NCBI GenBank assembly: GCA_964106645.2
Contig: OZ067039.1
Strand: one strand, 5' to 3'
Origin: Podarcis pityusensis
Lineage: Eukaryota
DNA length: 64,000 bases
Part shown: piece by piece, positions 26,101 through 38,233 of the stretch
Position numbering within the stretch: position 1 is the stretch's first letter
Layout of the letters: each line of letters opens with the position of its first letter
Notes under the pieces: generated by a model
What the model saw: only the letters and a program-made list of their open reading frames with translations
The model's database searches: none
What the model was told of the DNA's origin: nothing
Position numbers and translations under genes: made by a program

Positions 26101-29100
26101 TATATGGTTATTTACATATGTATACAACCTGAGCCTATGGTAAGCGCTTATAGCATTACAAGATGTACTCGCTTCATCCCACAGTCTTAGATGCCAGCAG
26201 AAATCAGCCATGGCCCTCTGTCACCCTGCTCCAGTTTGCTGCCTTTAACTGACTGCCACCTTTTCCCTCACATCATTCCCAGCTGCAATCCTATACCACT
26301 ACTCTCCTTCCAACCCTGGCCTTTGTCCTGCAAGCTAGCTATGACTTGAAGGAGAGGCTTACACCCATTAGTCCTCCAGCACAGAGTACAGTCATACCTT
26401 GAGTTACAGCCGCTTCAGGTTGTTTTTTTGGGTTGCGGACCGCCGAAACCCGGAAGTAGTGGAACGGGTTACTTCCGGTTTCGGCAGTCACACATGCACA
26501 CCGAATTGCAACCCACGTGTGCACAGACGCAGGTTGCGAACGTGCATCCCGCACGGATCATGTTCGCAACCCGAGCATCTACTGTATTTGCTTTGTTAAT
26601 CGTCCATTACCTTCCTTTTGTTTTCCTTGATGGCTCTTCTCTGAGGTTTTTTCCTGAACTTGAAACTGGTTTGGCCTGTACTACAACCTTTTGCTAAATC
26701 CAGTGTTTGGCACCCATGTGTTAGAACCGGGGTCCAGGAACCCCACAAACTCATAATATAGAAGGAGAGGTTGCTGGTTTGTTTCTGTTCTTATTTTTTA
26801 TTATATTTTTGTGCTGTTGATACTGTAATTCTATTTTGTGGACAGCACTGAGATCTATGAGTATAGAGCAGTATACAAATGTAATAAAAAATAATAATAT
26901 AAGCAGCAACACTTATACCTGGAATAACCTGAAGAGAATTCTTCTGTGTGGGATCAAGCTCAGAGTTCGTCTAAACTGTAACTCACACTTTATCCTTTAT
27001 CCAATGACCAGGCAGATTCCTATTTAATATGTAGTACTTTCCAATTAACCTGTGAGGCAAACTAAATGTTTTTCTTCTCATATAAACCATCACTGAACAA
27101 TTGGTTTTGTGTATCCCACAGTTGTGTCTCCCAACAATTATATTTGTCTTAAAACTTTAAGTAGCAATTGTGCTTCCAAGTCTGATTAAACTCCAGGAAA
27201 CTAGCACTTTGTGAATTATTTTATGTATTCATTTAGAAAATTTACAGACTATTTTATTTTTTTTAAAAAAAAGATTCAAGCGGTGTACAGATAAGTTATA
27301 GTATGGCCTCTTCATTGAAGGTAGATTAGGAACCTGGAGCCCAATCTTACCCAGGAGTTCAGTAAGGTCCATGAGTAGATATTCTTTAAAAATAAACTGA
27401 TCTTATTCATGTAGGAGCTATGACCATTCAAGAAGAGATCAGTCAAATCAAGCGCAAATTGCAAGCTGGTAAGAAAACTCAAGAGAGGCAAAAAAAGAGG
27501 TATCGTGATCGGATGGTGGAAAGGTAAGTCCAACAAGTTGTTGGAGGTTGATGTTTCATGTTGTACTTTCAAAAGTTTTTCAAAGGTATAACATTTAAAA
27601 ACAAGCAATTCTCTGTTTAAATAATAATAATAAGCCAGTGCCCTTCCAGTGCTCTACATCACAGCTGTACTGAAGTTCTGTGCAGTCTTGGGGATTGCTG
27701 GTAGGGTTAGAACAAGAAGTTGGAGGGCTGATGGTCTCACGTATTCACCAACAACAGTTTCAGGATACATGGTCTATAAAGAGTTCAATTGGGAATAAGA
27801 CAGCAGTGTTGCTTATTCAAGCACACCTAGTGTATTGTAGTTCTTTGCTCTAGTAAACTATATCAGCTTGACTACATAAAGGAAACTGGAAGTTTTCAAA
27901 TTACTGTTGTGCAGATAAAAATATTTTTCTTTATTTGATATGTCTTAACAGGATTCAGTTTGTATGTTCGTTGTGCAAGTATCGCACTTTCTATGAGGAT
28001 GAGATGACCAACCATTTGGAGAGCAAATTCCACAAGGAACACTTTGCATTTGTTGGAACCAAGCTGCCCCAGCAAACAGCTGACTTCCTCCAGGTCGGCT
28101 TTTTTTCCCTTTGAGCATTCCATTTTCCTTTAGATATTAACATGCAAAGCTAGATGTGGCACTTTGCTTCATTTTCCCCAATCCCTCCTTGTCATTTGGT
28201 TTTTAATTATTTCAAGTGGGGCAAAAAATGTACTTTTGGATGACTGTCAGAGTAGAAAACATCAGCATCTCTCAGTTCATCTGTGCTGCTCTTGCATTTT
28301 TCAGTACACAACACATCCACACCATTACCTTAGTTCTTGCTTTTGAGAGAGATGGGGGAAAGGAAAGGAAGGCATAGCTTTGATTGTACTGTATAGTAAT
28401 CCTAGCATGTTGTGCATTGGGCCAGGCCAGTATGGTAATATGCACTATTGAGTATTCATAAGCTTTTCTGCAATGCAGGAGTATGTTGCTAATAAAACAA
28501 AGAAGACAGAAGAACGCCGTAAAGCAATTGAAGATATTAATGCAGTTATACAACAGATCTACAAAGACCAAGATCTTACCCAGGGTAGGTGTCTTAAAAT
28601 TCAGCTAAAAAGCAATACATACTGTTGTTTTCTTGGGTAAAAATGTTCAGTTTTCATTCAGAAAACTAGGATAGAGGATAGGAAGCAATTCCGTAATGTT
28701 CTGTGTGATTGAAAGATGTCCCTAAATTAACTTTGCTATTAGTTGAGATGGATATTGAATGACCCCCCCCCCTTTTTTTTGGTCCTTTGGTACAGTCGAG
28801 GGGGGTGCTTATGTGTGCAAAACAGTCATTGTGTGTATGGTAGGATAGGTACTTTTTTAGAGAGAGAATTTCCCCCACTGCCCCTGAGGAATGGAAGTCT
28901 GTTATTTCACCCTCCTATATATATTTCCTGCTATCAAAGGTTTCCTATAGGAATCCTATAGCCCTCCAGACGTTGCTGACAGCGTTTGCAACTCCCATTG
29001 TTCAGGTGCATTTTGCGACAGAGAATTTAATTAATTCAAGGGGTTTTTGAGCTCTGGGTACAGTACTTGCACCTAAGATTTCAGATTAAAACTGCCACTG

Positions 29101-32100
29101 CTGGAAGGAAAGGAGGACCTTTTTCTGCCTCCCCACTTCCAACCACTCTCTGAAGATTGGAGAAGGGACCCTCATAAGAATATTAGGGGGGTAGGCAGGG
29201 GAAGTATGGCTTTGGTTTTTGCAGCCTTCAAATGAGGACTAGACCATGTGAAAAATGAACATAAGATTTTAGCTGCAGTTTATTAATTTTCAGCTTTGTA
29301 TTCTTGTTATTAAGAAGCACACCTAGACACTCAGTTGCGGCGCCCATAACCTAGGTTTAAGGTGCCATTTAGCTCCTAGTTTTCATATCTCACTTTCTAA
29401 CACTGGTTACTGAACTACAGTGCTCATCATCCCTCACCATTGACGTGGTGGCTGGGGCTTATAGGAGTTTGTGTTCGCACAGCAGATGGCCATGGGTTTT
29501 CCATATGCATTCTACAGTCTGTAATATTATGACTTCTTTAACTTTTCTCAGACATAGGTATGGAACATTTTGTAAAAAAGGTGGAGGCTGCTCACTGTGT
29601 TGCTTGTGACCTCTTCATTCCGATGCAGTATGGAATAATCCAGAAACATCTGAAGTCCCTTGATCATAACCACAACCGCAGAGTAAGTGGAATTGTTGAA
29701 TTAGCTGTTCACCACAAAAACACACTGGAGAAGCTTGAACAATCACTACATCATTCAACTTTATAATGGCAAAAGCAGATGAAGACTAAAGCAATTGAAT
29801 AATTTAGGGGCTTTAATGCTTATTTTAACGTAAATATTCTTTAAAGAGCATGCTTAAGAGACTATAGTATCTATTTTAAATATATATATCAATATAGTAT
29901 AGCTACTCTCCTGGCAGTAATATAGCCACTAATGGCATCCCATTACTTCCAAGCAGTTCTTTGACTGGAAATGTAGCTCCTGCTTGGTTTTGTTAAAAAA
30001 CACACACACCAAAAACCTGCTTCATTAAATTTTTTAAGAAGTCTTTGAGTTGCAAACTGATAATTTGTTCGCTGAAATTCAGTATCCTTAAGCTAAAGAA
30101 CTTTAAAAGTGCATTGGCCAATAAAAATTTTATGTAGACTTTTTGATCTTCTTTGTTAAACACTAATTTATGAAAGAGAGGTGTGTATATCTTGCTTCAC
30201 ACAGTGGGCATAGGTTGTGGAATCAGTTGATCGCTGCAGCTCAGTACATGTCTCTTTCTTTTGTCTTACCCAATGTTTACTGGGAGAGGTGTGGTACACA
30301 TGCCACAAACAGACTTACACTGCCAAATATAAATTTGCCCTCAGATGTTTGGTTGGATATTAAGGTTCAGAATTAACAGTGGATAGGGTCCAGTGAATTG
30401 ACAGGTGAGAAAGCAGATTTTTTCCTTCTCAGCTTCCACAGTCTAAGTCTAGAGTGGGGAACCTTTTTGGCTCCACAGGCCTGATCATTCTCAGGATCTG
30501 CCTTGCACACCAAATTTGACCTGTCAAAATCAATTTTGCTTGGGAAGTAGGAGGAGGTTTGTGAGTCTCCTTCCCACATTAAATAGTTCCTGATGAAAAT
30601 GTGTGAAAAGTTACTGTATTTTGGAAGGCCTGTCTTGGTATAAAAAATAATGAAATGTAGGTACATTTTGTGCAGACCATTTATTTATGTATTTTGTCTT
30701 CTAGGCTATGATGGAACAGTCAAAAAAATCATCATTAGTAGTTGCAAGAAGTATTCTTAACAATAAACTTATCAGCAAGAAATTGGAGCGATATTTGAAG
30801 GTAAAACGTATAAACATAAGAACGGCCCACAGAGGGATTATGGGCAGAATCCAAAGTGGCATGAACGAACTTGATGCTTGCACTGTATAACTTCTTTCCT
30901 TCTACCTGCAGCCACCATGCATTCCTGAAATCTGCTCCAGAGGGTACCCTATCCCTCTAATGTAAATTTTGAGGGTGCATGGAAGGCTTCAGGGAAGAAG
31001 TGTGTAAGTCTGTTCCACTCACACACATGTTGGATACAACTCCCCCCCCAAAAAAAAACTTTAAAAGAGCCATATTGCTATGTTAACAATGGGAAAGCTT
31101 TTATTTTTTAATATTAACTGAGTTTTAATGTATTTTCCGCTAATCTCCATTTTATCTCTCTGCTTCATAGTGCACCCTCTCTTCTCTATGCCTTACTATA
31201 AGGGCACTCTCAGTTTATAAGTCTTCATTTCTCTCTGCAGACCACTGAACCCATTCCTTTTTCCATTTCCACATCTGTACGTGTCTGCACCTCCAACTTC
31301 TTAACTTCCCTATGTTTTCTTACTACAGTGGTACCTCTAGTTACGGACTTGATCCATTCCGGGGTACTGTTCACACCCTGAAAAGTCTGCAACTAGAGCA
31401 CCGCAATAGAGCACTTCTGCGCATGCACGAGATGCGCAGAGCGCTTCTGCGCATGGCGAAACCCGGAAGTATACACTTCCGGGTTTGCCGCGTTTGTATC
31501 CTGAAAAAACGCAACCAGAGACTGACGTAACGAGGTACAACTGTATGCAGTTCTCTGCATCTTACAGTGGTTTTTTCTGTTTGCACCCAGTTGCTGTATA
31601 CACTTTAAAAATCACCTCTCTCTCGTTTTGCTTTCTTTCCTATTGTGTTCCCCCTCAAAATACTTTATTGAGAGTGGCAGCAATAGCCCCAGGATATCCA
31701 CCCTAGTGAAGGGTCCACAGATGCAGATGGACCATGTAGCATGCTTAGTATGCTGCAGCAGGCTTGAAAGACATCTCTGAATCCAGGAAGAGGAAGTGTT
31801 ATATAGGCATTCTCTCATTTCCAATGCAATTTGGAAGGGTTTCAGTAGGCATTATATGTTCTTGTAAAGATGTGGGAAAGGGCCACAAATGATGGGATGT
31901 GGAATTTCCCCAAGTAGCTGCAAATAGAAGGGAGGAGACCACAGTCAGTCTGTGAACTGGGCATTGGGCACACCTAGACTGTACTCTATGGAGAGTTTTA
32001 ACAACTTTTGCAAAATGAACAGTAATTGCTGTGTAAATTGCAAGATATTTTTAAACTCTTTATAAATTGATATGTACCCACCCACTGGAGTGGGATGACT

Positions 32101-32884
32101 TTTTAAATTTGTCACATCCTGGAGGTTAAAAGAAATGAGTTTGCTTGTATAATGGAGAACACATTCTTGTTTTCAGAAAGATTATTGAGACACTTGTTGG
32201 TTGAAATGCCATAGTCCCCCCCAAAAATGATCAGGGATCTTTCACTTGTATCAGAGACTTGATTATATCTACTAGTCAAAGAAAAGGAATGAAAGTTTCC
32301 TGATTTCTTGTTACTTTTGTATTTGATTTTCTTCAGGTTCTGTAGTTTAAAGCATACCAAAAATAAATAAATTAGTGCAATAGTCAAGGCCTTAAAATTA
32401 TTTTTATGTGATGGCCCCACTCAACAGAAACTTGCTTACCCAGCTATATATTGTAGACTGCTCAGTTCCTTAAAGTGTGTGATGTCTAATGCTGGGTGTT
32501 AGGTGGTTCTGATTTGTTTTGCAGGGGGAGAATCCCTTCACAGATGATCCTGAAGAGAAAGAGGAACATGAGGAAGGTGAGGCAGGAACAAGTGGAAATA
32601 TGGAGGAGGGAGCAGCTGAAGGTGAAGAAAACAAGGTTGAAGAAGAAACCAAAGGTGGAGACAATCTGGCTGAGGAAGACGTAGTTGAAGAAGGTACTGC
32701 AGAAAACAAAGGAAATGATGATGAAGAACCACCACCAGGACAAATGGAAGAGCAGAATTTGAACACATCCCAGGAATCATTTGCTGCTGAGCAGGAGCAA
32801 GAATATGATGAAGAAGAAGACAAAGAAAAAGAAGAAAGAAAAGGATTCATACCTTCAGAGGATATGGAACCACCTGATGAGTGA
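13384..32884 (+). CDS. AKAP8L: AKAP8L (A-kinase anchor protein 8-like, HA95); join(13384..13396,17306..17338,18824..19061,21897..22356,22818..22935,23792..23835,25243..25297,27415..27523,27952..28093,28479..28584,29552..29682,30705..30800,32525..32884) = 1905 nt, 634 aa
   Basis: MSYSG start, YG-rich N-terminus, two AKAP95-type zinc fingers ([23 protein letters not shown]; [24 protein letters not shown]), [36 protein letters not shown]; all phases consistent. Confidence 0.95.
17306..17338 (+). CDS. AKAP8L: AKAP8L coding exon 2 (33 nt, GC donor)
   Basis: [11 protein letters not shown]; acceptor ttctttctag; donor AG|GCAAGT. Confidence 0.88.
18824..19061 (+). CDS. AKAP8L: AKAP8L coding exon 3
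   Basis: [15 protein letters not shown]...[25 protein letters not shown]; donor GTGAGT. Confidence 0.93.
19300..19517. mobile_element. Tc1/mariner (Tigger/pogo-like) MITE
   Basis: TIR CAGTGGTACCTC...GAGGTACCACTG, TA on both flanks. Confidence 0.9.
21897..22356 (+). CDS. AKAP8L: AKAP8L coding exon 4
   Basis: [10 protein letters not shown]...PSLFS...WDADFK; donor GTAAGT. Confidence 0.95.
22818..22935 (+). CDS. AKAP8L: AKAP8L coding exon 5 (basic NLS-like segment)
   Basis: [39 protein letters not shown]; donor GTAAGA. Confidence 0.92.
23650..23742. repeat. Short palindromic interspersed repeat (~90 bp); decayed relatives near 15340, 17790, 37930, 51265
   Basis: tgcaaccctata...tatagggttgca inverted ends. 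Confidence 0.6.
23792..23835 (+). CDS. AKAP8L: AKAP8L coding exon 6
   Basis: [15 protein letters not shown]; acceptor ttttcag, donor GTGAGT. Confidence 0.85.
24690..24815. mobile_element. Degenerate hAT MITE, same family as 49983-50118
   Basis: ccctccagat...gactacaac...catc...gaccattggcc...gatggga core. Confidence 0.55.
25243..25297 (+). CDS. AKAP8L: AKAP8L coding exon 7
   Basis: [18 protein letters not shown]; donor GTAAGT. Confidence 0.87.
25374..25596 (+). mobile_element. 5'-truncated non-LTR retroelement 3' end (L1-like) with 18-bp TSD
   Basis: AAGATGTGTGGAATATTG at 25356-25373 and 25597-25614; T-rich body ending in AATAAA (25580-25585). Confidence 0.7.
25987..26758 (-). mobile_element. 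Possible solo LTR-like element interrupted by a MITE
   Basis: Minus strand ends ...ctcggagattaggatgatgtgtaaca, resembling squamate LTR 3' ends as I recall them; other end degenerate. Confidence 0.35.
26389..26584. mobile_element. Tc1/mariner MITE
   Basis: TA-CAGTCATACC...CATCTACTG-TA; inverted copy of 36158-36364. Confidence 0.88.
27415..27523 (+). CDS. AKAP8L: AKAP8L coding exon 8
   Basis: [37 protein letters not shown]; donor GTAAGT. Confidence 0.93.
27952..28093 (+). CDS. AKAP8L: AKAP8L coding exon 9 (zinc finger 1)
   Basis: [30 protein letters not shown]...ADFLQ; donor GTCGGC. Confidence 0.95.
28479..28584 (+). CDS. AKAP8L: AKAP8L coding exon 10
   Basis: [35 protein letters not shown]; donor GTAGGT. 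Confidence 0.93.
29552..29682 (+). CDS. AKAP8L: AKAP8L coding exon 11 (zinc finger 2)
   Basis: [44 protein letters not shown]; donor GTAAGT. Confidence 0.95.
30705..30800 (+). CDS. AKAP8L: AKAP8L coding exon 12
   Basis: [32 protein letters not shown]; donor GTAAAA. Confidence 0.95.
31326..31543. mobile_element. Tc1/mariner MITE
   Basis: TA-CAGTGGTACCTC...GAGGTACAACTG-TA. Confidence 0.88.
32525..32884 (+). CDS. AKAP8L: AKAP8L last coding exon (acidic tail)
   Basis: [14 protein letters not shown]...DMEPPDE, TGA. Confidence 0.93.
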   Translation, partial: GENPFTDDPEEKEEHEEGEAGTSGNMEEGAAEGEENKVEEETKGGDNLAEEDVVEEGTAENKGNDDEEPPPGQMEEQNLNTSQESFAAEQEQEYDEEEDKEKEERKGFIPSEDMEPPDE

Positions 32885-32920
32885 ACTTGCACAGAAGGTT
32901 GAAGCGTTTTGAGACTCTGC

Positions 32921-32926
32921 ATTAAA
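32921..32926 (+). terminator. Proximal AKAP8L poly(A) signal candidate (ATTAAA)
   Basis: ATTAAA 36 nt after the stop with T/GT-rich sequence downstream. Confidence 0.45.
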
Positions 32927-33792
32927 ACTTTTTAAACCATAACTGTATTTGTGACACTACATGGCACGCAGCTTTGTTTCTCATTGACTACATTTTCACC
33001 TAGTTACAGCACTTGAAAGCCTTTATCTGTAAAGTGTTTTTGGAAATAGCTTTTTTTAACCAAATCTTCATTGTATTAGCTAGGTTTTGTGCAGTACAAT
33101 TTTTAGGTGGCTTTATACTAGGAAAATACCCCCCCCCCTCCTTTTTGAGTAAATAACTCAAAACCAAATTGTGTTAATTGGCTTCCAACTTTGGGGGGAG
33201 GTAATTGTCCTCTAATTTTCTCCCCCCTCCCCCTTTAACTTTGTATATAGTTGAAGATGTTTTTGTTCCCTAGCCAGCCGTGTCTGGATATGTCAATAGC
33301 AGAATTCTGGGTTTTAAATTCTGCACGATCGGAGTAACTTCCATGCAACTGTAGCATTCTTCTACTCTACCTTTTTACTTTTAATATGCAGAAGTAATAC
33401 TTGGGGGTCAGCACAATAGTTTTTCCAGTGCTTTTATTTAAGGATGAATTCTTCCAGTGGATTAAGATAATATTAGGATTACCTGTACATGTGGGTTTTT
33501 GGAAGAAGCAGCCACATGAAGGATGTGCAGGAAGCCTCAAAAAGGGATAAATGCATCCCAGCACATTCGTAAAAGGCAATTCAGCATTGCTCCTTTTGAG
33601 TTTTGTCCTGATGTTGTTTAGGGGACATCATTTATGCTGCTTGCCTTAGATTGCTATTCTGTAAATGAAGGCTATGGTAGCCCATATGAAAGATGAAGAG
33701 TGTTACAGAAACATTAAATATTCCCTTCAATGCAGTTCTTTGGCAGTTGTCTCATTCTAAATCATCCTACAATCTCAGCAATGTACTACTGC

Positions 33793-33795
<3 letters not shown>

Positions 33796-33829
<34 letters not shown>
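33796..33829. repeat. (TG)17 microsatellite
   Basis: Direct read. Confidence 0.97.
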
Positions 33830-33830
<1 letters not shown>

Positions 33831-34578
33831 ATACGTGTGTGCTTTTTTACTACAACCCAAGGTTTATTTTGGTTACACTCTGCCCCATGAAGCAATAGTG
33901 CTACAACTACTACTGTTCTTGTTCATCCTTCATTTATTATCGTGTGTTTCTCTTCAAGTACATGTGTGCTTCCTACAGTGAAAATCAAGTAGTGGACTGG
34001 ACAAGGTTTTATGATCCTTTGTTTCTGCTTTCCTGCTACATCAAAGGAAAAGGGTGAGTGAAGTAATTGTTGCACCACAGGATGCAGGCCTTGCTGCCAT
34101 ACACCACTCCTGCTAACTTAAGCCTTTGAAACACCTAGCATCTGGAGCTATATGGAAATAAATATTGCTAGTAAATTGCAAAAGTCATTACATTTAATCA
34201 ACAGAAATAGAAATGTTGAAGGAGGCTTCAGAGTACAGTTTTTCTTTAGGAATGTGTAATGACTCAAGTGTTTAGAACAGTATGCTATGTTTTGTACCTT
34301 ATCAAGTCTTAGATGTTCCTGATAATGAATTAAATGAATATTGGGTGTACAGTACTGAAATTATAGAACTAAACTCTTTTCTACATATCTGAGCTGGCAT
34401 CTTGAAATGAAGTGTGTGCTCTGTAAGTGAAGGAAATTTCTGCAGCAGCTGTTAGCGAAGGATACTAAGTTTTAGAAGTATTATGGCAGTCACTGATTGT
34501 GGTATAGGTTTCTAATCTTTAAGTAGTCATTGCTGCCTTCTTCAAGCCATTTTAGGTATTTGCCTAAATGATAATGTA

Positions 34579-34807
34579 CAGTGGAACCTCAGGTTGCGGA
34601 CATAATCCGTGATGGAGGCACGTCCGCAACCCACAGTATTTGCATCCTGAAGCACCACGTCTGCGCAGGCACCGGCACAATTTGGCCCATCTGCACAGGC
34701 GCGAGTGGCAAAACCCAGAAGTAAGCCGTTCTGGTACTTCCGGGTTTCCCGCGGTCCGCAACCTGAAAACGCGTAACCTGAAGTGTCCATAACATGAGGT
34801 ATGACTG
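34579..34807. mobile_element. Tc1/mariner MITE
   Basis: TA-CAGTGGAACCTC...GAGGTATGACTG-TA. Confidence 0.88.
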
Positions 34808-36157
34808 TACACGTTAGCAAAAGTGTGAGTTGCACAAAAATGTTAACTAGTTAGGGACAGCGTGTCCCATTCTGCTGCTTGAGGCAAAACTGGGAGTCCT
34901 GCTCTGCCACCCCACCACCTTTACCACTGGCACTAAATAGGTATCAACTTTTCCATCCCCAGTAGGGGTGGGCACCACCTCAGGGGTTTCTTCCTCCTGA
35001 GGTGGCGGCTTCACCCCACGTCATGGGTGGGCTGCGCCAGACTGTGGTACCAACCTACTTTGTAGCCATCTTTTTATCAGGTGGTTAAACCCAAAAGGAG
35101 TGGTATTCATTTTAAAGCTTATATATACTTCTAAAAACCTCAGTAGCCTCGTATGCATTTCATCTTCATTATTGCACTAACAGCCCACACATAAACATGC
35201 TTACTTGCTTGTTTGGAAAGGGGTGGAATTCAATGTAGTGCTAAGTGGGATATGCATGCACAGAACGAGGTCTGCTCACCCAAAAAGTCTCTTCCCTACA
35301 CACACCTCCCCCTAAACCTGTTCTTTGGTTCCTCCCAAGCTTCCAGAGCAGATTTGCGGGGGATGTGGCAGGTGAATGTCCTCTTGCACCAGTAGACCTC
35401 ATCTGTGCTTGCAACAACTTAGTAGAATCCTGCTGTAAGTCTCTGTAAGTGCAGTGGGACCTATTTTGGGATAGATGTTTAGAGTTGCAGGTTAAGCATG
35501 GAGTCCCCATGTTTGTCTCACAACTCTAAAGTAGAGGTGGGGACATATCGGGAGAAAACTGACAGGCATGAGGTCTGGATAGCCTAGGGTCAATTAGGTA
35601 TGATATTGAATGTGTCTATTCTTCACACACCCACTCCCTGCAAAGCAAGTTGCAGCTTTAGGTGAAACAACACAGAAGGAAAGGTTAAACAGAGCAAATC
35701 TCAAATTTAGTAGTTAATCAGTAAAAACAAGAATAAAAGGGGATCTGGATCCTAAAACTTCTCTGCCATGTTTGACCCTTAATTGGAGGCTTTTATGGAT
35801 TAACTTAATTCAAAGCCTGTTAAACTGGAGTCTGAGGGGCATCTCTAGAGGTTCCACTGTTATTAAGATTTTGTGAGGATAGCTGGGCTATCAAGTGCTA
35901 TCGTAGAAGGGTAGTAGAGGAAGTGGTGTTGGCAGCAATTGTCCTGGTGCTAACTGCTTCATCTAGAGGCGGCTTTGTTGGGATTGAAGATCTGAGGAAG
36001 AGCCTTAGATTGTAAAATTATTAAAGGTTATCTGAATCCCTTATTAAACTTCATTCATCCATCCATCACACTCCATTACTGCTATTTACTAGTGAAAAGG
36101 AGGATAGATTGGTCCTTTTTGGAAATGTAAGGGGGCAGCTAAAGCTCTAATCCTATA

Positions 36158-36364
36158 CAGTGGACGCTTGGGTTGCTAACGTGATCCGTGCAGGATGCAC
36201 ATTTGCAACCCACAGTGGCGCGTCTGTGCACACACAGGATGCAATTTGGCGTGCATGCGCAATTGCCAAAACTCGGAAGTAACCTGTTACAGTACTTTCG
36301 GGTTTCGGCGGTCCACAACCCGAAAAAACGCAACCTCAAGCACCTGTAACCCGAGGTATGACTG
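36158..36364. mobile_element. Tc1/mariner MITE
   Basis: TA-CAGTGGACGC...GAGGTATGACTG-TA. Confidence 0.88.
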
Positions 36365-38233
36365 TACACACTTGTCCAAGTAAGTCCTATTGAACTTTGG
36401 TATCTACTCAGAAGTTAGCTCCACTATCAGATTTTACCGTAAATTCTAGGCGCAGCTAGACAGTGAATTAAGGATAATGCCATAACATTGTATCTCTTTA
36501 GGGGATGAATACTATTTCTTCACCTATACCATACTCCTGGTTCTTCTCAGAAAACATGGAAAATATTTCTGACATTTAAGAATTTCACAGCAGGGAAAAT
36601 TCCACCATGTATAGCTTCTTCCACTGCAACAGAGGTGGAAAACTACCTGGTGAAATTACCCCATCTATGCAATTCTTTAAAGCCTTTTAGTCTGGGCCTG
36701 GCACCCGTTTCTCTTTAGTATTGTTCATGATATATGTACGTCTCTGTTTCTTTCTCTTCAAATATGTACAAAGTAGCCTCCTGCTTGAATGTTATTGACT
36801 GTGTTGCTGTACCAAATGTCAATTTTGTACATCGGTTTTAGAATTCGTTATCCTTTGTCATGAATTACAGTGTTCTGTCTATATAAAACTAAACTAAATC
36901 AAGTTGTGATTGCCCGACAGTGATTAAAAAAAATAGCCAGAGCATTTGTTTTAATTGCAGCTTTGCCATGTGTGTGGAATTTTGTAAAGCTGCTGCTGAA
37001 TCTGGAAAGCAGTGATTACTTTCACTGAAATGTGTACTTGGTAAATTGCAGAAAAAGCTAGACTCCATTTCTATATCCACTCGACTGTATACAACTACTT
37101 TGTAAGTCCTGTAGTGTTTCCCTGTATCATAGATTTTGCTATTTCTTTTCATAGAATTTAGTTCTCGTCTAGAGATCAACCTGTGTCTGAAGTGCCAGGT
37201 TCATTTTGGAGCAATTGGCTTGTGCATGCTCACAGCTAAATTTCTAGGTCCTTAAATTTCTTCAGCTGCTTTTCCAAAGGAGATGAGCAAGGTTCATAGC
37301 AGCTGTCTAACCTACTTCCATATACAGCCTCCACTACTGCCTAGTGTAGCTTCTATCAATTTTATTTGCTATAGGGAACAAATCACACAATCTTTTTTGT
37401 ACAAAAGAGCATACCTAGCCATCATGGATTGTACAAACATGGGGGCAAAGGTTAAGAGTCATGTTCCTTGCTTCAGTCACTTTTGCCTCTGGCCCCACCT
37501 GCTCCTAAAATGTGGCCCACTGTCTGAAAAAGGCTCACCATGCCTGCTTTACAGGGAGAAGTGGGGAGCTCCAAAACTGGACATCATAACTGAACAATGT
37601 ACTTATCTCTTCTTTATTTCTGCTGTTGCAAATAACAAATAAATGGTTGTTCATTTGTTTCCTCATCATGCTTATCACTGAGGATGAATGTACTGATTTG
37701 CACAAAGTACACTGGACTGTGGGTGGAAAAACCCAGGATTAAATGTTGAACCAATATGATTATCAAGGATATCACAAACTATGATGCTTTTTCTCTGTAT
37801 AGTTGGGGAAATTGTGCTTCTTCAACCAGTTGGTTTTCACTATAGCTATGCTGTGCTATCACAGATCTGCATTGTACCAAATTCTGTAAGTACTGGTGCC
37901 GTTACCGCACAAATGAGTTAAACTGTTAGGATTGCATCCCATGTTAGTGATGCTCTGTGCAGTCCCACTGAAATTAATGGGCAAGACTAAGTTAGGGCCA
38001 TAAATTACTGGGGATCTACTCTGTGTAGAACTTGGATATAACAAATGCTCCATCTCAAGCTCACCATCAGGTCATCATTAAGTGGTGGTGGAAAGGTTTA
38101 GCAGTCAAGGCCCATACTGTTTAGTGAGTGTGTCTCAAGATTAGGAAATAGAGCAACAGCAGGTTTACAATCTTTGTGCCTGTAACAGCTGCATTATGGA
38201 TAGTTGCTCTGTTGGAAATGAAAGAATGGCTGT

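Noticed and set aside
32470-32922. 150-aa Ser-rich antisense ORF (likewise 57412-57882)
   Set aside because: Shadow frames of the Glu-rich last exons of AKAP8L and AKAP8
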